From the NCBI GenBank assembly GCA_018262575.1, contig JAGSYU010000006.1, positions 7,528 to 71,527 of the forward strand: DNA of 64,000 bases. Direction: 5' to 3'. Position 1 is the stretch's first letter. Every line of letters starts with the position of its first letter. This document shows positions 1 to 8,554 of the stretch, piece after piece. Source of the stretch: Pseudomonadota bacterium (GTDB lineage Bacteria; Pseudomonadota; Alphaproteobacteria; Rhizobiales; Pleomorphomonadaceae). The translations under genes were made by a program, and so were the position numbers. The notes under the pieces were generated by a model. It saw only the letters and a program-made list of their open reading frames with translations. It was not told the DNA's origin and did no database searches.

Positions 1-16
1 GGGCGGCAAGCGCGCC

Positions 17-250
17 GTGATCCGTGATGAGGATCTGCGCTTCACGCTGGCCGACGTCGATGACGACGGCAACGCCCTTCCCCTTTTCAAGCCGGCCTCG
101 GCCGAGCGGCTGATCCTGTTCGCCGAACACGCGGCGGTCGGATCGGCGGCGGCGATCACGCATCCGCAGGCCGTGATGATGCTGGCGACGCTCGCGCTCG
201 CCCTTCTCTCCGCGCTCGACGAAGCGACGAACAAGGAAATTCTGCCGTGA
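17..250 (+). CDS. Phage hypothetical protein (start uncertain, may extend beyond window)
   Basis: ORF in phage orientation; its stop overlaps the next start (GTGA). Confidence 0.5.
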   Translation: MIRDEDLRFTLADVDDDGNALPLFKPASAERLILFAEHAAVGSAAAITHPQAVMMLATLALALLSALDEATNKEILP

Positions 251-450
251 AGTCGCCCTGGCTCTCCGATCTTTGTGAGCGCGCGCCCACGACTTCCCGC
301 GATTACTCGAGGGTGGCCGGCGTCCTGAAATGTGCCGCCTCTCAAGCCTCCTTTGAAAGCGAATGTGACGCCCTGCGAGAAGAGGCCGACCGCTGGAAAG
401 CAACCGCCCGCCGCAAGCGCTGGTCCGACGAGCGGAGTGCTGCCAGGTGA
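247..450 (+). CDS. Phage hypothetical protein
   Basis: GTGA overlaps with both neighbours; aagga RBS upstream. Confidence 0.55.
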   Translation: MKSPWLSDLCERAPTTSRDYSRVAGVLKCAASQASFESECDALREEADRWKATARRKRWSDERSAAR

Positions 451-1544
451 GCGAGCCGCGCGTCAAAATGGCCGATATCAAGATCCGGCTGCTGGAGCGC
501 ATCGGCGACCTAGTGAAGTATCTGGCGAAGGGCGGCAAGTTCAAAGGCGATTACTATCTGGCGCTCAACCCGCGCCGGCATGACAAGCACATCGGCTCTT
601 TCTGGGTGAAGGTTGCCAAGGGGCAAGGTCAAGGCGCCTGGAAAGACGGGGCGACGGGCGACAGCGGCGATATCGTCGACCTCTGCGGTTACTGCCTCAG
701 GCACAAGAACCGGCAGGAAACCTACGCTTGGGCGCTGGCCTGGACGGGGCTCGACCGGAACGTCGATCCGAAAGAGCTGGAACACAGGCGCAAGGATCGG
801 GATCGGGACGAGGCGGCGATCGACGCCAAGGCGGAAGCGGAACTGCGGAAGTCTCGCAAGCGGGCCTTCGCCTGGTGGCTTCGTGCGCAACCGCTGCGCG
901 GCACGATCGGCGAAGTCTACATCCGCGAAGGGCGCGGGCTCGTCGGGCTGGACTGGAACAATCCGCTGCACCGGCTCGGTGCCCTGCGCTTTCTGCCGGA
1001 AGCCGACCACACCGATGAAGATGGCGTCGTCACCACCTGGCCGATCATCCTTGCCGCCATGTGCGACGGCGCCGGCAAGGTGGGCGCGGTGCATCGCACG
1101 TTCATCATGCCGGATGGATCGGACAAGGCGCCCGTCAAGCCGCCGCGCAAGATCTGGCCGAAGTTCAGCGGATATTCGATCCGCATCGGGCGGGGTGCCG
1201 GCGGGCTGACGCCGGAGGAGCGATGCCGGCGCGGCGAAAAGCTGCCGCTGGTGCTGACCGAAGGCTGGGATGACTCGGTCGCCAACCTGATTTCCCTGCC
1301 CGACTTCATGCACTGGGCGGCCGGCACGCAAGGCAACATGGCGGAAATCCCGCTGCTGCCCTGCATTTCCGAACTCATCCTCTGCCGCGACAACGACTGG
1401 ACCAAGGACCAGGCGGTGCGCGGCTTCGAGAAGGTCAAGCGCGTCCTCGGATCGCGCATCAAGGCTGCCGGGCTCGAAATCCCGGTGAAGGTGGCCGGCG
1501 CGTTCGTCGGCAAAGACAGCAACGACCAATACAGGGGTGCATGA
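447..1544 (+). CDS. Phage DNA primase (P4-alpha-like N-terminus, DUF7146/Toprim)
   Basis: [18 protein letters not shown]-terminal motif; AVHRTFI; Toprim motifs LVLTEG and ILCRDND; KDSND at C-terminus. Confidence 0.85.
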   Translation: MSEPRVKMADIKIRLLERIGDLVKYLAKGGKFKGDYYLALNPRRHDKHIGSFWVKVAKGQGQGAWKDGATGDSGDIVDLCGYCLRHKNRQETYAWALAWTGLDRNVDPKELEHRRKDRDRDEAAIDAKAEAELRKSRKRAFAWWLRAQPLRGTIGEVYIREGRGLVGLDWNNPLHRLGALRFLPEADHTDEDGVVTTWPIILAAMCDGAGKVGAVHRTFIMPDGSDKAPVKPPRKIWPKFSGYSIRIGRGAGGLTPEERCRRGEKLPLVLTEGWDDSVANLISLPDFMHWAAGTQGNMAEIPLLPCISELILCRDNDWTKDQAVRGFEKVKRVLGSRIKAAGLEIPVKVAGAFVGKDSNDQYRGA

Positions 1545-1809
1545 CATGTCGAGCATGGAAAATGCCGAAAGCCAAGGCGGCGTCGCGGCGGGTGAACTCC
1601 GGCAGTTCATCGAGCGCGTCGAGCGGCTGGAAGAGGAAAAGGCCGCGCTGCAGGATGACATCAAGGACGTGATGGCTGAGCTGAAGGCGCGCGGTTACGA
1701 CGTCAAGGCGGTGCGCACCATCCTCGCCCTTCGCAAGAAAGATCCCGACGAGCGGCAGGAGGCCGAGGCGATCCTCGAACTCTACATGAACGCCCTCGGC
1801 ATGGCTTGA
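1537..1809 (+). CDS. GapR-like DNA-binding protein (DUF2312)
   Basis: [16 protein letters not shown]...[27 protein letters not shown]...[13 protein letters not shown] signature. Confidence 0.92.
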   Translation: MHDMSSMENAESQGGVAAGELRQFIERVERLEEEKAALQDDIKDVMAELKARGYDVKAVRTILALRKKDPDERQEAEAILELYMNALGMA

Positions 1810-1819
1810 GGAGGCGGGG

Positions 1820-2041
1820 ATGAACGCGCCAGTAAAGAGCAAAACGCCGATATCGGCCGCTGAAGCCCTGAGGATTAAGGCCTCGCACTTCCGAATTTAT
1901 GCCGATGACAGCGAGGCGATGATTTCTCGCCATCCGGTCGGATCATCTCGAAAAAAGCTGAAGGCTACAGCCGATCTTTGGAGAAACGCCGCCGAAGAGC
2001 TTGAGGCGGCTGCCGACGCGATAGCAAAAGAGGACGTGTGA
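1820..2041 (+). CDS. Phage hypothetical protein
   Basis: gaggagg RBS; abuts next gene. Confidence 0.6.
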   Translation: MNAPVKSKTPISAAEALRIKASHFRIYADDSEAMISRHPVGSSRKKLKATADLWRNAAEELEAAADAIAKEDV

Positions 2042-2521
2042 ATGGCAGACAAGATCCTCCCCTGCCCCTTCTGTGGCGGCCTCGCCGAACAGATCGAACT
2101 CACCGATGAGGAAAACGCCGGCGGAAGCGTCATCTGCTGCACCAAGTGCCATGCGTCGTCGTCTGTGCATTTCGGCCGGAAGGAAAACCTCGTTTCGATC
2201 TGGAACGAGCGGACGTGGGTGTCCTCTCGGCAGCTTGAAGATGGAGAGCATTCTTCGGACGCTCCTGCCGATATTCCGGAGGACGTCTGGGAAGCGGCTT
2301 ACGATGAGGCGGACGCCTTCTCTCCTGTTTACGGGTGTGACGAGAAGATCCGCTTCGGCCTGACCGAGGCTTTCGCGCGGGCGATCCTTGCGGAGCGCAA
2401 ACGATGCGCCGTGACCGCCAGAGAAGTGATCCCCGATGGTGAGCCGCTGTCGCGACAGCGCATAGCCCACCGAGCCGCAACTCTCGTTGCCAACGCAATC
2501 GAAGGAAAAGACCATGGCTAA
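2042..2521 (+). CDS. Lar-family (restriction alleviation-like) Zn-ribbon protein with C-terminal extension
   Basis: LPCPFCGG...CTKC...WNER motif. Confidence 0.7.
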   Translation: MADKILPCPFCGGLAEQIELTDEENAGGSVICCTKCHASSSVHFGRKENLVSIWNERTWVSSRQLEDGEHSSDAPADIPEDVWEAAYDEADAFSPVYGCDEKIRFGLTEAFARAILAERKRCAVTAREVIPDGEPLSRQRIAHRAATLVANAIEGKDHG

Positions 2522-2936
2522 GCACACGAAACAGGCGCTGAATATGCTGATGCCGGTGCTGGAGCTGGTGGATGGCATCGAGCGGAAGTCGAGCCGGACC
2601 ATTCTTAGCTGGGCGTACGACTACGTTGTGAGCCGGCGCTGGAAGGTGGGTGTCGACACGCTGCATCATTACTGCACTTCCGGCACCTTCAACCTGACCG
2701 ATCCGGAGAGGATGATCGTCAGCTCGCGGCCAATCCTCTCGGCTGTGCTGGACGTCGCCATGGCGCTGAAGCCGTTCGAGGACGGCAGCTATCAAGCGGC
2801 CCGTGAACCAGTACCGGCGCCGGCCGAGCCTCACCCCGACCCGTTCAAACCCGGCTTCAAGAAGCTGAAGGCCGGCCGGAAGCTCGGCCTCGGCCCGCGC
2901 ACCCCGCCACCAGTGGCAAAAACGCGCAAGAAGTGA
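2514..2936 (+). CDS. Phage hypothetical protein
   Basis: gaagga RBS before ATG 2514; overlaps previous stop; basic C-terminal tail. Confidence 0.6.
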   Translation: MAKHTKQALNMLMPVLELVDGIERKSSRTILSWAYDYVVSRRWKVGVDTLHHYCTSGTFNLTDPERMIVSSRPILSAVLDVAMALKPFEDGSYQAAREPVPAPAEPHPDPFKPGFKKLKAGRKLGLGPRTPPPVAKTRKK

Positions 2937-2957
2937 TGCTGGCTGGCTTAGGGGCGG

Positions 2958-4856
2958 ATGATGGAAGAGCGGAAAAGCCGGTCGCCGGAGGCAGGCGAGG
3001 CGGGCGTAAAAGCCATGCTGATGTCGGCCGAGGAAGAAAACGGCTGGCTGGCGCGGGAAGCAACGCGCGATCCGGACAAGGGCATGCCCTACATGGGCTT
3101 CGAGCCGGGCGAGTGGTACGAGGGGGCCGACGAACTCGGCCTTTTCCCCGGCTGCCCGATTTTCCCGCTCGGCACCGATGGCGACATGTATTTCTTTCTC
3201 GACACCATCGGGCAGATGCGCGTCTTCAGCTATTCCGAGCTGGGCAAGGCCGGCGTGTCCAGCCTGTTTCAGGGGCGGCATCGGCTGCTTTATTGGGCCT
3301 GGCCGCGCGGCATCAAGAACCGCGAGGGACAGTGGGTATCCGTCAACGGCTGGGACAACAACCTGGCCGGCCACGACCTGATGGGCGCTTGCGCCCGGCA
3401 AGGGGCCTTCGACCCGGCTGACAAGCCGCGCGGCCGGGGCGTGTGGAAGAGCCGCAAGGGCGACCTGATCGTACACTGCGGCGACAAGCTGTACCTGGTG
3501 GGCCGGGCGGCCAACCGGCCGGAAGAGGCCATCAAGGAAGTGCCGCTGGGTGTTTATGAGGGGCACGTTTACATGTCGCGGCCGCCGATCGCGCGGCCGT
3601 GGCCGGTGTCCATGGCCGACCTCGACGGCCCGGCGCTGGATATCTATCCGCTGCTCAAGACGTGGAACTGGGCGCGGCCGGACGTCGACCCGATCCTTCT
3701 TATCGGCGAGATCGGCGTCATGATCCTCGGCGCTGCGATCGATTTCCGCCCGACCGCCTTCATGATCGGCGATCGTGCGCGCGGCAAGTCGACGCTGCAA
3801 CAGCTCATTCGATGCCTGCTGCAGGGATGGTTGATCAAGGCGGCCGACGCCAGCGCCGCCGGCATTTATCAGCCGCTGAAGCATGACAGCCTTCCCGTTT
3901 CGCTCGACGAGCTGGAGAGCGAGAGCGACAACCGCAAGGGCGAAGCAATCATGAAGCTCGCCCGCGTGTCGGCCTCCGGTGACCTGATCTTGCGCGGCGG
4001 CGACAAGCATACGGGCGTCGCTTTCCGGGCGAGATCCGCATTCCTGTTCTCGGCCATCAACCCGCCGCCGATGGAGACGGCGGAAATGAGCCGCATGGCG
4101 TTCCTGGTGCTGAAGACGCTGAAGGCAGGCCAGGCGGAACCGGTGATCGACGAGGAGAAGATGGGCCGCGTTGGACAGCGGATCGTTCGCAAGCTGCTCG
4201 ACAACTGGCATAGATGGCCGACCACACTGGCCGCCTACAAAGCGGCGCTCGCCAAGGCCGGCCACGACGGCCGAGGGCAAGCGACCTTCGGGACGCTGCT
4301 CGCCTGCGCCGACATGATCATCGATGGCGACGCTGCCGCGCTGGGGATAGAGATGGGCGACAACGCCACCTATCTCGACATCTGGGGCGAACGTCTTCGC
4401 CCGGCGACCATGATCGAATACGACGGGCAGGCGGACAACTGGCGCGCCTGTATCAGCCACATTCTCACCACGCCGATCGACGCATGGAAGGGCGGCTCCA
4501 GAACGACCGTCGGCGGCGTCATCGAGCGCTATTGGATGGTGGACTATTCCGACCCCGACCACCTGGCCATGCAGGCGGCCAACGATTTGCTCGGCGCGGT
4601 TGGCCTGAAGCTGGTGATCTCGGCCGAGAAGAAAACCGAGCTGTTCATTCAGAACAGCAACTCGGCCCTGCAGCGGATCTTCCAAGGCTCGAAGTGGTAC
4701 GGCAAGCCGAATAGCGGCGGCTGGGCGCTGGCGCTAAGGACCGGCATGCCGGAGGATTGGTTTCGGCATGACAATCTCTATGTCACCGGCAACAAGGGCC
4801 GGGGGATCGCCGTGGCGCTGGACAAGCTGATGCCGAATGAGACGGGCGGCGACTGA
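2958..4856 (+). CDS. Phage replicative P-loop ATPase/helicase
   Basis: Walker A GDRARGKST, Walker B PVSLDE, FLFSAIN motif; same module as the primase. Confidence 0.8.
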   Translation: MMEERKSRSPEAGEAGVKAMLMSAEEENGWLAREATRDPDKGMPYMGFEPGEWYEGADELGLFPGCPIFPLGTDGDMYFFLDTIGQMRVFSYSELGKAGVSSLFQGRHRLLYWAWPRGIKNREGQWVSVNGWDNNLAGHDLMGACARQGAFDPADKPRGRGVWKSRKGDLIVHCGDKLYLVGRAANRPEEAIKEVPLGVYEGHVYMSRPPIARPWPVSMADLDGPALDIYPLLKTWNWARPDVDPILLIGEIGVMILGAAIDFRPTAFMIGDRARGKSTLQQLIRCLLQGWLIKAADASAAGIYQPLKHDSLPVSLDELESESDNRKGEAIMKLARVSASGDLILRGGDKHTGVAFRARSAFLFSAINPPPMETAEMSRMAFLVLKTLKAGQAEPVIDEEKMGRVGQRIVRKLLDNWHRWPTTLAAYKAALAKAGHDGRGQATFGTLLACADMIIDGDAAALGIEMGDNATYLDIWGERLRPATMIEYDGQADNWRACISHILTTPIDAWKGGSRTTVGGVIERYWMVDYSDPDHLAMQAANDLLGAVGLKLVISAEKKTELFIQNSNSALQRIFQGSKWYGKPNSGGWALALRTGMPEDWFRHDNLYVTGNKGRGIAVALDKLMPNETGGD

Positions 4857-4880
4857 TCCTTCATTCTTGCATCTTGAGGG

Positions 4881-4975
4881 CTCGGCGACGCTCCAGTGAT
4901 GGAGCGTGCGCCAGGCCGCGCCAGCGGCCGACCAGGGCGGCACGCGGCCGAGGGTGAAGCCTCGGGCCGCTTCCT
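4881..4975. repeat. 95-bp structured direct repeat, copy 1
   Basis: 84/95 identical to 5187-5281 by manual ungapped alignment. Confidence 0.9.
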
Positions 4976-5002
4976 GTCATCTCCTCCAGAATGTGCTAGA
5001 TT
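4974..5002 (+). promoter_or_regulatory. Candidate sigma70 promoter CTGTCA-N17-TAGATT with extended -10 TG
   Basis: Motif match and spacing only. Confidence 0.3.
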
Positions 5003-5186
5003 GGGGTGCTGCTGCGGAGCGGTGCAAACCACCGCGCCATGCTTGCTTAGTCGGTGTTACGTGGGGCTCCGGGCGGGGAGCTGACTGGTGCCAGGCTGGA
5101 AAAGAGCCATAAACTATGCCTCCGACTAAGACCGCCATCCGGAGTAGTGCCCGGACAGCAGCGCCTTCCCTCCCCCTGTAGATAGC

Positions 5187-5281
5187 CTCGACGACGCTCC
5201 AGAGATGGAGCGCGCGCCAGACCGCGACAGCGGTCGACCAGGGCGGCGCGCGACCGAGGGTGCCGCATCGGGCCGCTTCCT
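5187..5281. repeat. 95-bp structured direct repeat, copy 2
   Basis: 84/95 identical to 4881-4975; includes compensatory changes. Confidence 0.9.
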
Positions 5282-5400
5282 TCTCCCGACCTCCTCATGC
5301 GCCTTGGATCGCCGACAGCGCCAATCCTGACGCCTCAGCCCCCACCCTATTCTTGCCCGAGATACGCAATGACGGCGATGTGGCGTGCCCTGTCGGGTTG

Positions 5401-5716
5401 GGGTGTTCTGCCGGTGTTCTGTCGCTAAGCCATTGATATCTATGACGCCCGGAACGACGTGTTCTATTGGCGTCCTGTGCTAAGCCAATGATTTGAAAGG
5501 GAAATCTGAAACCGGAACGGATAGAGCCGGTCAAGGGGTCGTATGCGATTACGCGCGCGCGGGCGCGCAATCATCACATACCCATATCCGTTCTAACGAG
5601 AGATATTCCTATATATATCAATCACTTAACACAGGACGCCAATAGAACACGCCGTTCCGCTGTCCAAGAAAAGTGAACGATCTCAAGGCCTTGAAAGCGG
5701 AACGCCTCTGTTCTGT
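5401..5716. other. Putative phage replication origin (iterons, long inverted repeat, IHF sites)
   Basis: ~11 YGTTC/GAACR units in both orientations; 34-bp inverted repeat 5451-5484/5625-5658 (2 mismatches); IHF consensus at 5426-5438 and 5616-5628; AT-rich patch. Confidence 0.6.
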
Positions 5717-5749
5717 CGGCCGTCCGAATAAAGAAATGGGGTTTATCCG

Positions 5750-6328
5750 ATGGACACTCGGCACGGCGGGAAGGCGATCATAGCTGGCGGTCTCGGCGAT
5801 GAGGTGACCACGCCGGAACCGGAGCAAGAGGAGCTGTTCGAGCGCGATGCGCTGGCCGACGCTCCGCTCTTCCTGTTGGAGATCGACCAGCGCGGCAATG
5901 AGGTCACGCGCGGCGGACCGGGTCGGCCGAAGGGCAGCCAGAACAAGACCACCGAGCAGATGCGCCGGGTGTTCCTTTCCAAGTACCGCGACCCGCTGAT
6001 GGCGGCCGGCGAGATCATCTCGACGCCGATCGACGTCCTGAAGGTCCAACTCGGCGCGGCGACGAACCTCGAAGCGGCCGAGTTCTGGCGCAAGGTGCTG
6101 GTCGACGTGCTGCCCTACATCCATCAGAAGCGGCCGATCGCCCTGGAGGGCGGCGGCATCTCGGCCGGGGTGCTCAATGTGGTCATCGGCGACGTCGTCG
6201 TCGGCAATCCTGCGGGCGGTGAGTTTGGCGTCAACATGCGCCTTGTCGATGGTGAGCAAAATCAATCACTTAGCGATAGTCGGAACGCAGAGCCTCATGG
6301 CAACGCACCTCACGACGAAGACAAGTGA
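5750..6328 (+). CDS. Probable terminase small subunit
   Basis: GRPKGSQNK motif, LPYIHQKRP; directly upstream of TerL. Confidence 0.7.
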   Translation: MDTRHGGKAIIAGGLGDEVTTPEPEQEELFERDALADAPLFLLEIDQRGNEVTRGGPGRPKGSQNKTTEQMRRVFLSKYRDPLMAAGEIISTPIDVLKVQLGAATNLEAAEFWRKVLVDVLPYIHQKRPIALEGGGISAGVLNVVIGDVVVGNPAGGEFGVNMRLVDGEQNQSLSDSRNAEPHGNAPHDEDK

Positions 6329-6563
6329 TTGAAATGAAAAGGGAAACCACGTCCTAGGCCGGTGATGAAAACTCACCTTCAGCCAGGCCGCTCCCCTCTC
6401 GATCGATGAGGAGGGGGGTGGCCTTTTATATGGCGGACCGCCAGGCCGGAGGCCCCCCCGAAATCGCTTTTCCGTTTCGCATGGGTGCTGCCCCGTGCGG
6501 TTTTCAGCCCTTGAAAGGGCGCGGAACTTGATCGTTGCGGACGTGGGTCGGGGGTGTGGTTCG

Positions 6564-8087
6564 ATGCCTGAGACGATGATGAGCCCGGACACCTACCGAT
6601 CGCCTGGACCGGTGGCTTCCGCCTTCCTCTCATCATCGGCTCTCGTGCGCTTCATCATGGGGCCATTCGGGTCGGGCAAGACGAATGTCTGCCTGATGGA
6701 CGCCCTGGCGCACGCTGCGCGAATGCCGGTCTGTCTCGATGGGGTGAGGCGGTTCCGTGGTGTGGTGCTTCGCGATACATACGCCAATCTATGGCAGACG
6801 ACAATCAAGACCTGGGCAAATTGGTTCCCCAAGGAAAAAGGCAAGTGGACCGGTTCGGAGGGGCGCCAAGCGCAACACGTTCTCCGCTTCGATCTGCCGG
6901 ACGGAACCAAGCTCCACTTTGAAATGCTGTTCCTGGCGATCGGCGATGACCGTATCGAGGACGTGCTGCGCGGCATCGAATTCACCTGGCTGATGATGAA
7001 CGAAGCCGACCTGCAAAGCGGCGACGTGCTGACGTATGCCGTCGGTCGCGTCACGCTTCGGCGTTATCCACGAACCATCGACCTCCGGCCGGAAGATCGC
7101 GAGTACTTCGTCGGCATCGTCGGCGACCTCAACCCGCCGGACACCGATAGTTGGGTCTATGAGCTGTTCGAGGAAACCAAGCCGGCCGAACACATCATGT
7201 TCAAGCAACCGTCCGGCCGGTCGCCTCTCGGCGAGAACCGCGGCGCCATTCCCCGCGAGGCCTACGACCGCCTGGCCGAGGCAAACAAGCACAAGAAATG
7301 GTGGGTGAAACGCATGGTCGACGGGCAATACGGCCCGTCGCGCGAAGGCGACCCCGTCTATGGCGACGATTACGACGACAGCGTGCATTTTGCCGATGGC
7401 GAGCTTCAGCTTTTCAAGGATTTGCCGCTTCGCCTTTCCTTCGACCAGGGCGTGACCGGGCCGGCCATGCTGATCAAGCAATACACCTATTCCGGCCAAC
7501 TCCGTGTTCTCGAGGAACTGGTGCCTGGCCGTATGGGGGAAACCCGCTTCGGAGAACGCTGCAAGATCCTGCTTGAAGAGCGCTATGGCGCCATCCCGTC
7601 AACGCGCTGGCGCGCGGTTTGCGACCCGGCCGGCTTCACTGGCGGCGATGCGGAGGGCGGAGATCTAGCCTGGGCCGAGACGGTAGCCAGAATACTCGGG
7701 ATAGTGATCCTCCCGGCTGAAACCAACGAACTGAAAGCCCGTATCGACGGCGTATCGCAGCTCCTGCGCTATCGGATCGATGGCCAGCCGGCTCTCATCA
7801 TTTCGAGCCTGTGTCCGATGCTCCGGAAGGGGTTCAATAGCCATTATCGCTACAAGACGATCAAAGGGGCCGATGGCCGATCGGCGAACAAACCCGAGAA
7901 AAACGAATACTCCGACCCACACGACGCCCTTCAGTATGGGGTTCTCGACCTTGGCGGCCGCTCGGCGGTGATCTCTGGAGACCTCACGAAAAAGGGCGGC
8001 GTCGGCCGTCAGGACCGTCACGACGAAGACAGCGACGATGTCCATATTCCGGCCGGATCGGGGGGCTTTGATGTCTTCGCCTGCTGA
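6564..8087 (+). CDS. terL: Terminase large subunit
   Basis: Walker A GPFGSGKT, Walker B LMMNEA, GDLNPP, nuclease motifs SFDQG, VCDPAG, SDPHDALQY; start uncertain (6495-6576). Confidence 0.92.
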   Translation: MPETMMSPDTYRSPGPVASAFLSSSALVRFIMGPFGSGKTNVCLMDALAHAARMPVCLDGVRRFRGVVLRDTYANLWQTTIKTWANWFPKEKGKWTGSEGRQAQHVLRFDLPDGTKLHFEMLFLAIGDDRIEDVLRGIEFTWLMMNEADLQSGDVLTYAVGRVTLRRYPRTIDLRPEDREYFVGIVGDLNPPDTDSWVYELFEETKPAEHIMFKQPSGRSPLGENRGAIPREAYDRLAEANKHKKWWVKRMVDGQYGPSREGDPVYGDDYDDSVHFADGELQLFKDLPLRLSFDQGVTGPAMLIKQYTYSGQLRVLEELVPGRMGETRFGERCKILLEERYGAIPSTRWRAVCDPAGFTGGDAEGGDLAWAETVARILGIVILPAETNELKARIDGVSQLLRYRIDGQPALIISSLCPMLRKGFNSHYRYKTIKGADGRSANKPEKNEYSDPHDALQYGVLDLGGRSAVISGDLTKKGGVGRQDRHDEDSDDVHIPAGSGGFDVFAC

Positions 8088-8499
8088 CCTCACCTATCGG
8101 TCGGGCAACTGGCGCGATATCGCCGCGCTCGGCCACCGTCTGACGCCCGACCGGTGGCGCCAGGTGGTCTATCAGTGCGCACGCTCGGCCGTGTTCACGG
8201 TGCTGGATGATGGCAAGCCGGTGGCTGTGGCGGGGCTATGCCACGACCGTGATGGCATCGAGATATTCCTGTTCATCGAGCAAGGTTTACGCGGATCGCC
8301 GCGAGCGGCCGGAATGGTCCGGCGCTTGATCCGCTTGTTCCGTCGTGAGGCGCCACCGGCGGTCTATGGCGTCGGTGTCGCTGATGGGCACGAACCGGGC
8401 CGGCGGCTCGCTGAAATGGCCGGCTTCACCTTCTGGCGGCACCTTCCGACCGGGGAGGACAGCTACTGGCTCCGGCTTGGTCCCTCCGATGAATCCTGA
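8071..8499 (+). CDS. GNAT-fold phage protein
   Basis: DGKPVAVAG...GRRLAEMAGF acetyltransferase-like pattern; overlaps terL stop. Confidence 0.6.
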   Translation: MSSPADLTYRSGNWRDIAALGHRLTPDRWRQVVYQCARSAVFTVLDDGKPVAVAGLCHDRDGIEIFLFIEQGLRGSPRAAGMVRRLIRLFRREAPPAVYGVGVADGHEPGRRLAEMAGFTFWRHLPTGEDSYWLRLGPSDES

Positions 8500-8554
8500 C
8501 GGGCGGGCCTCGGGCGGATCGTTGCCATGGGGAATAGCCCCAAGAGGATCTGCC

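Noticed and set aside
2130-4685. 851-aa minus-strand ORF
   Set aside because: Antisense shadow of the helicase and upstream genes in high-GC DNA; no recognisable motifs
4881-5281. CRISPR array
   Set aside because: Only two 95-bp units with a 211-bp spacer; no cas genes
5047-5298. Minus-strand ORF through repeat 2, and a paralogous 39-aa ORF through repeat 1
   Set aside because: Differences between copies are mostly non-synonymous but structure-preserving; no well-spaced RBS
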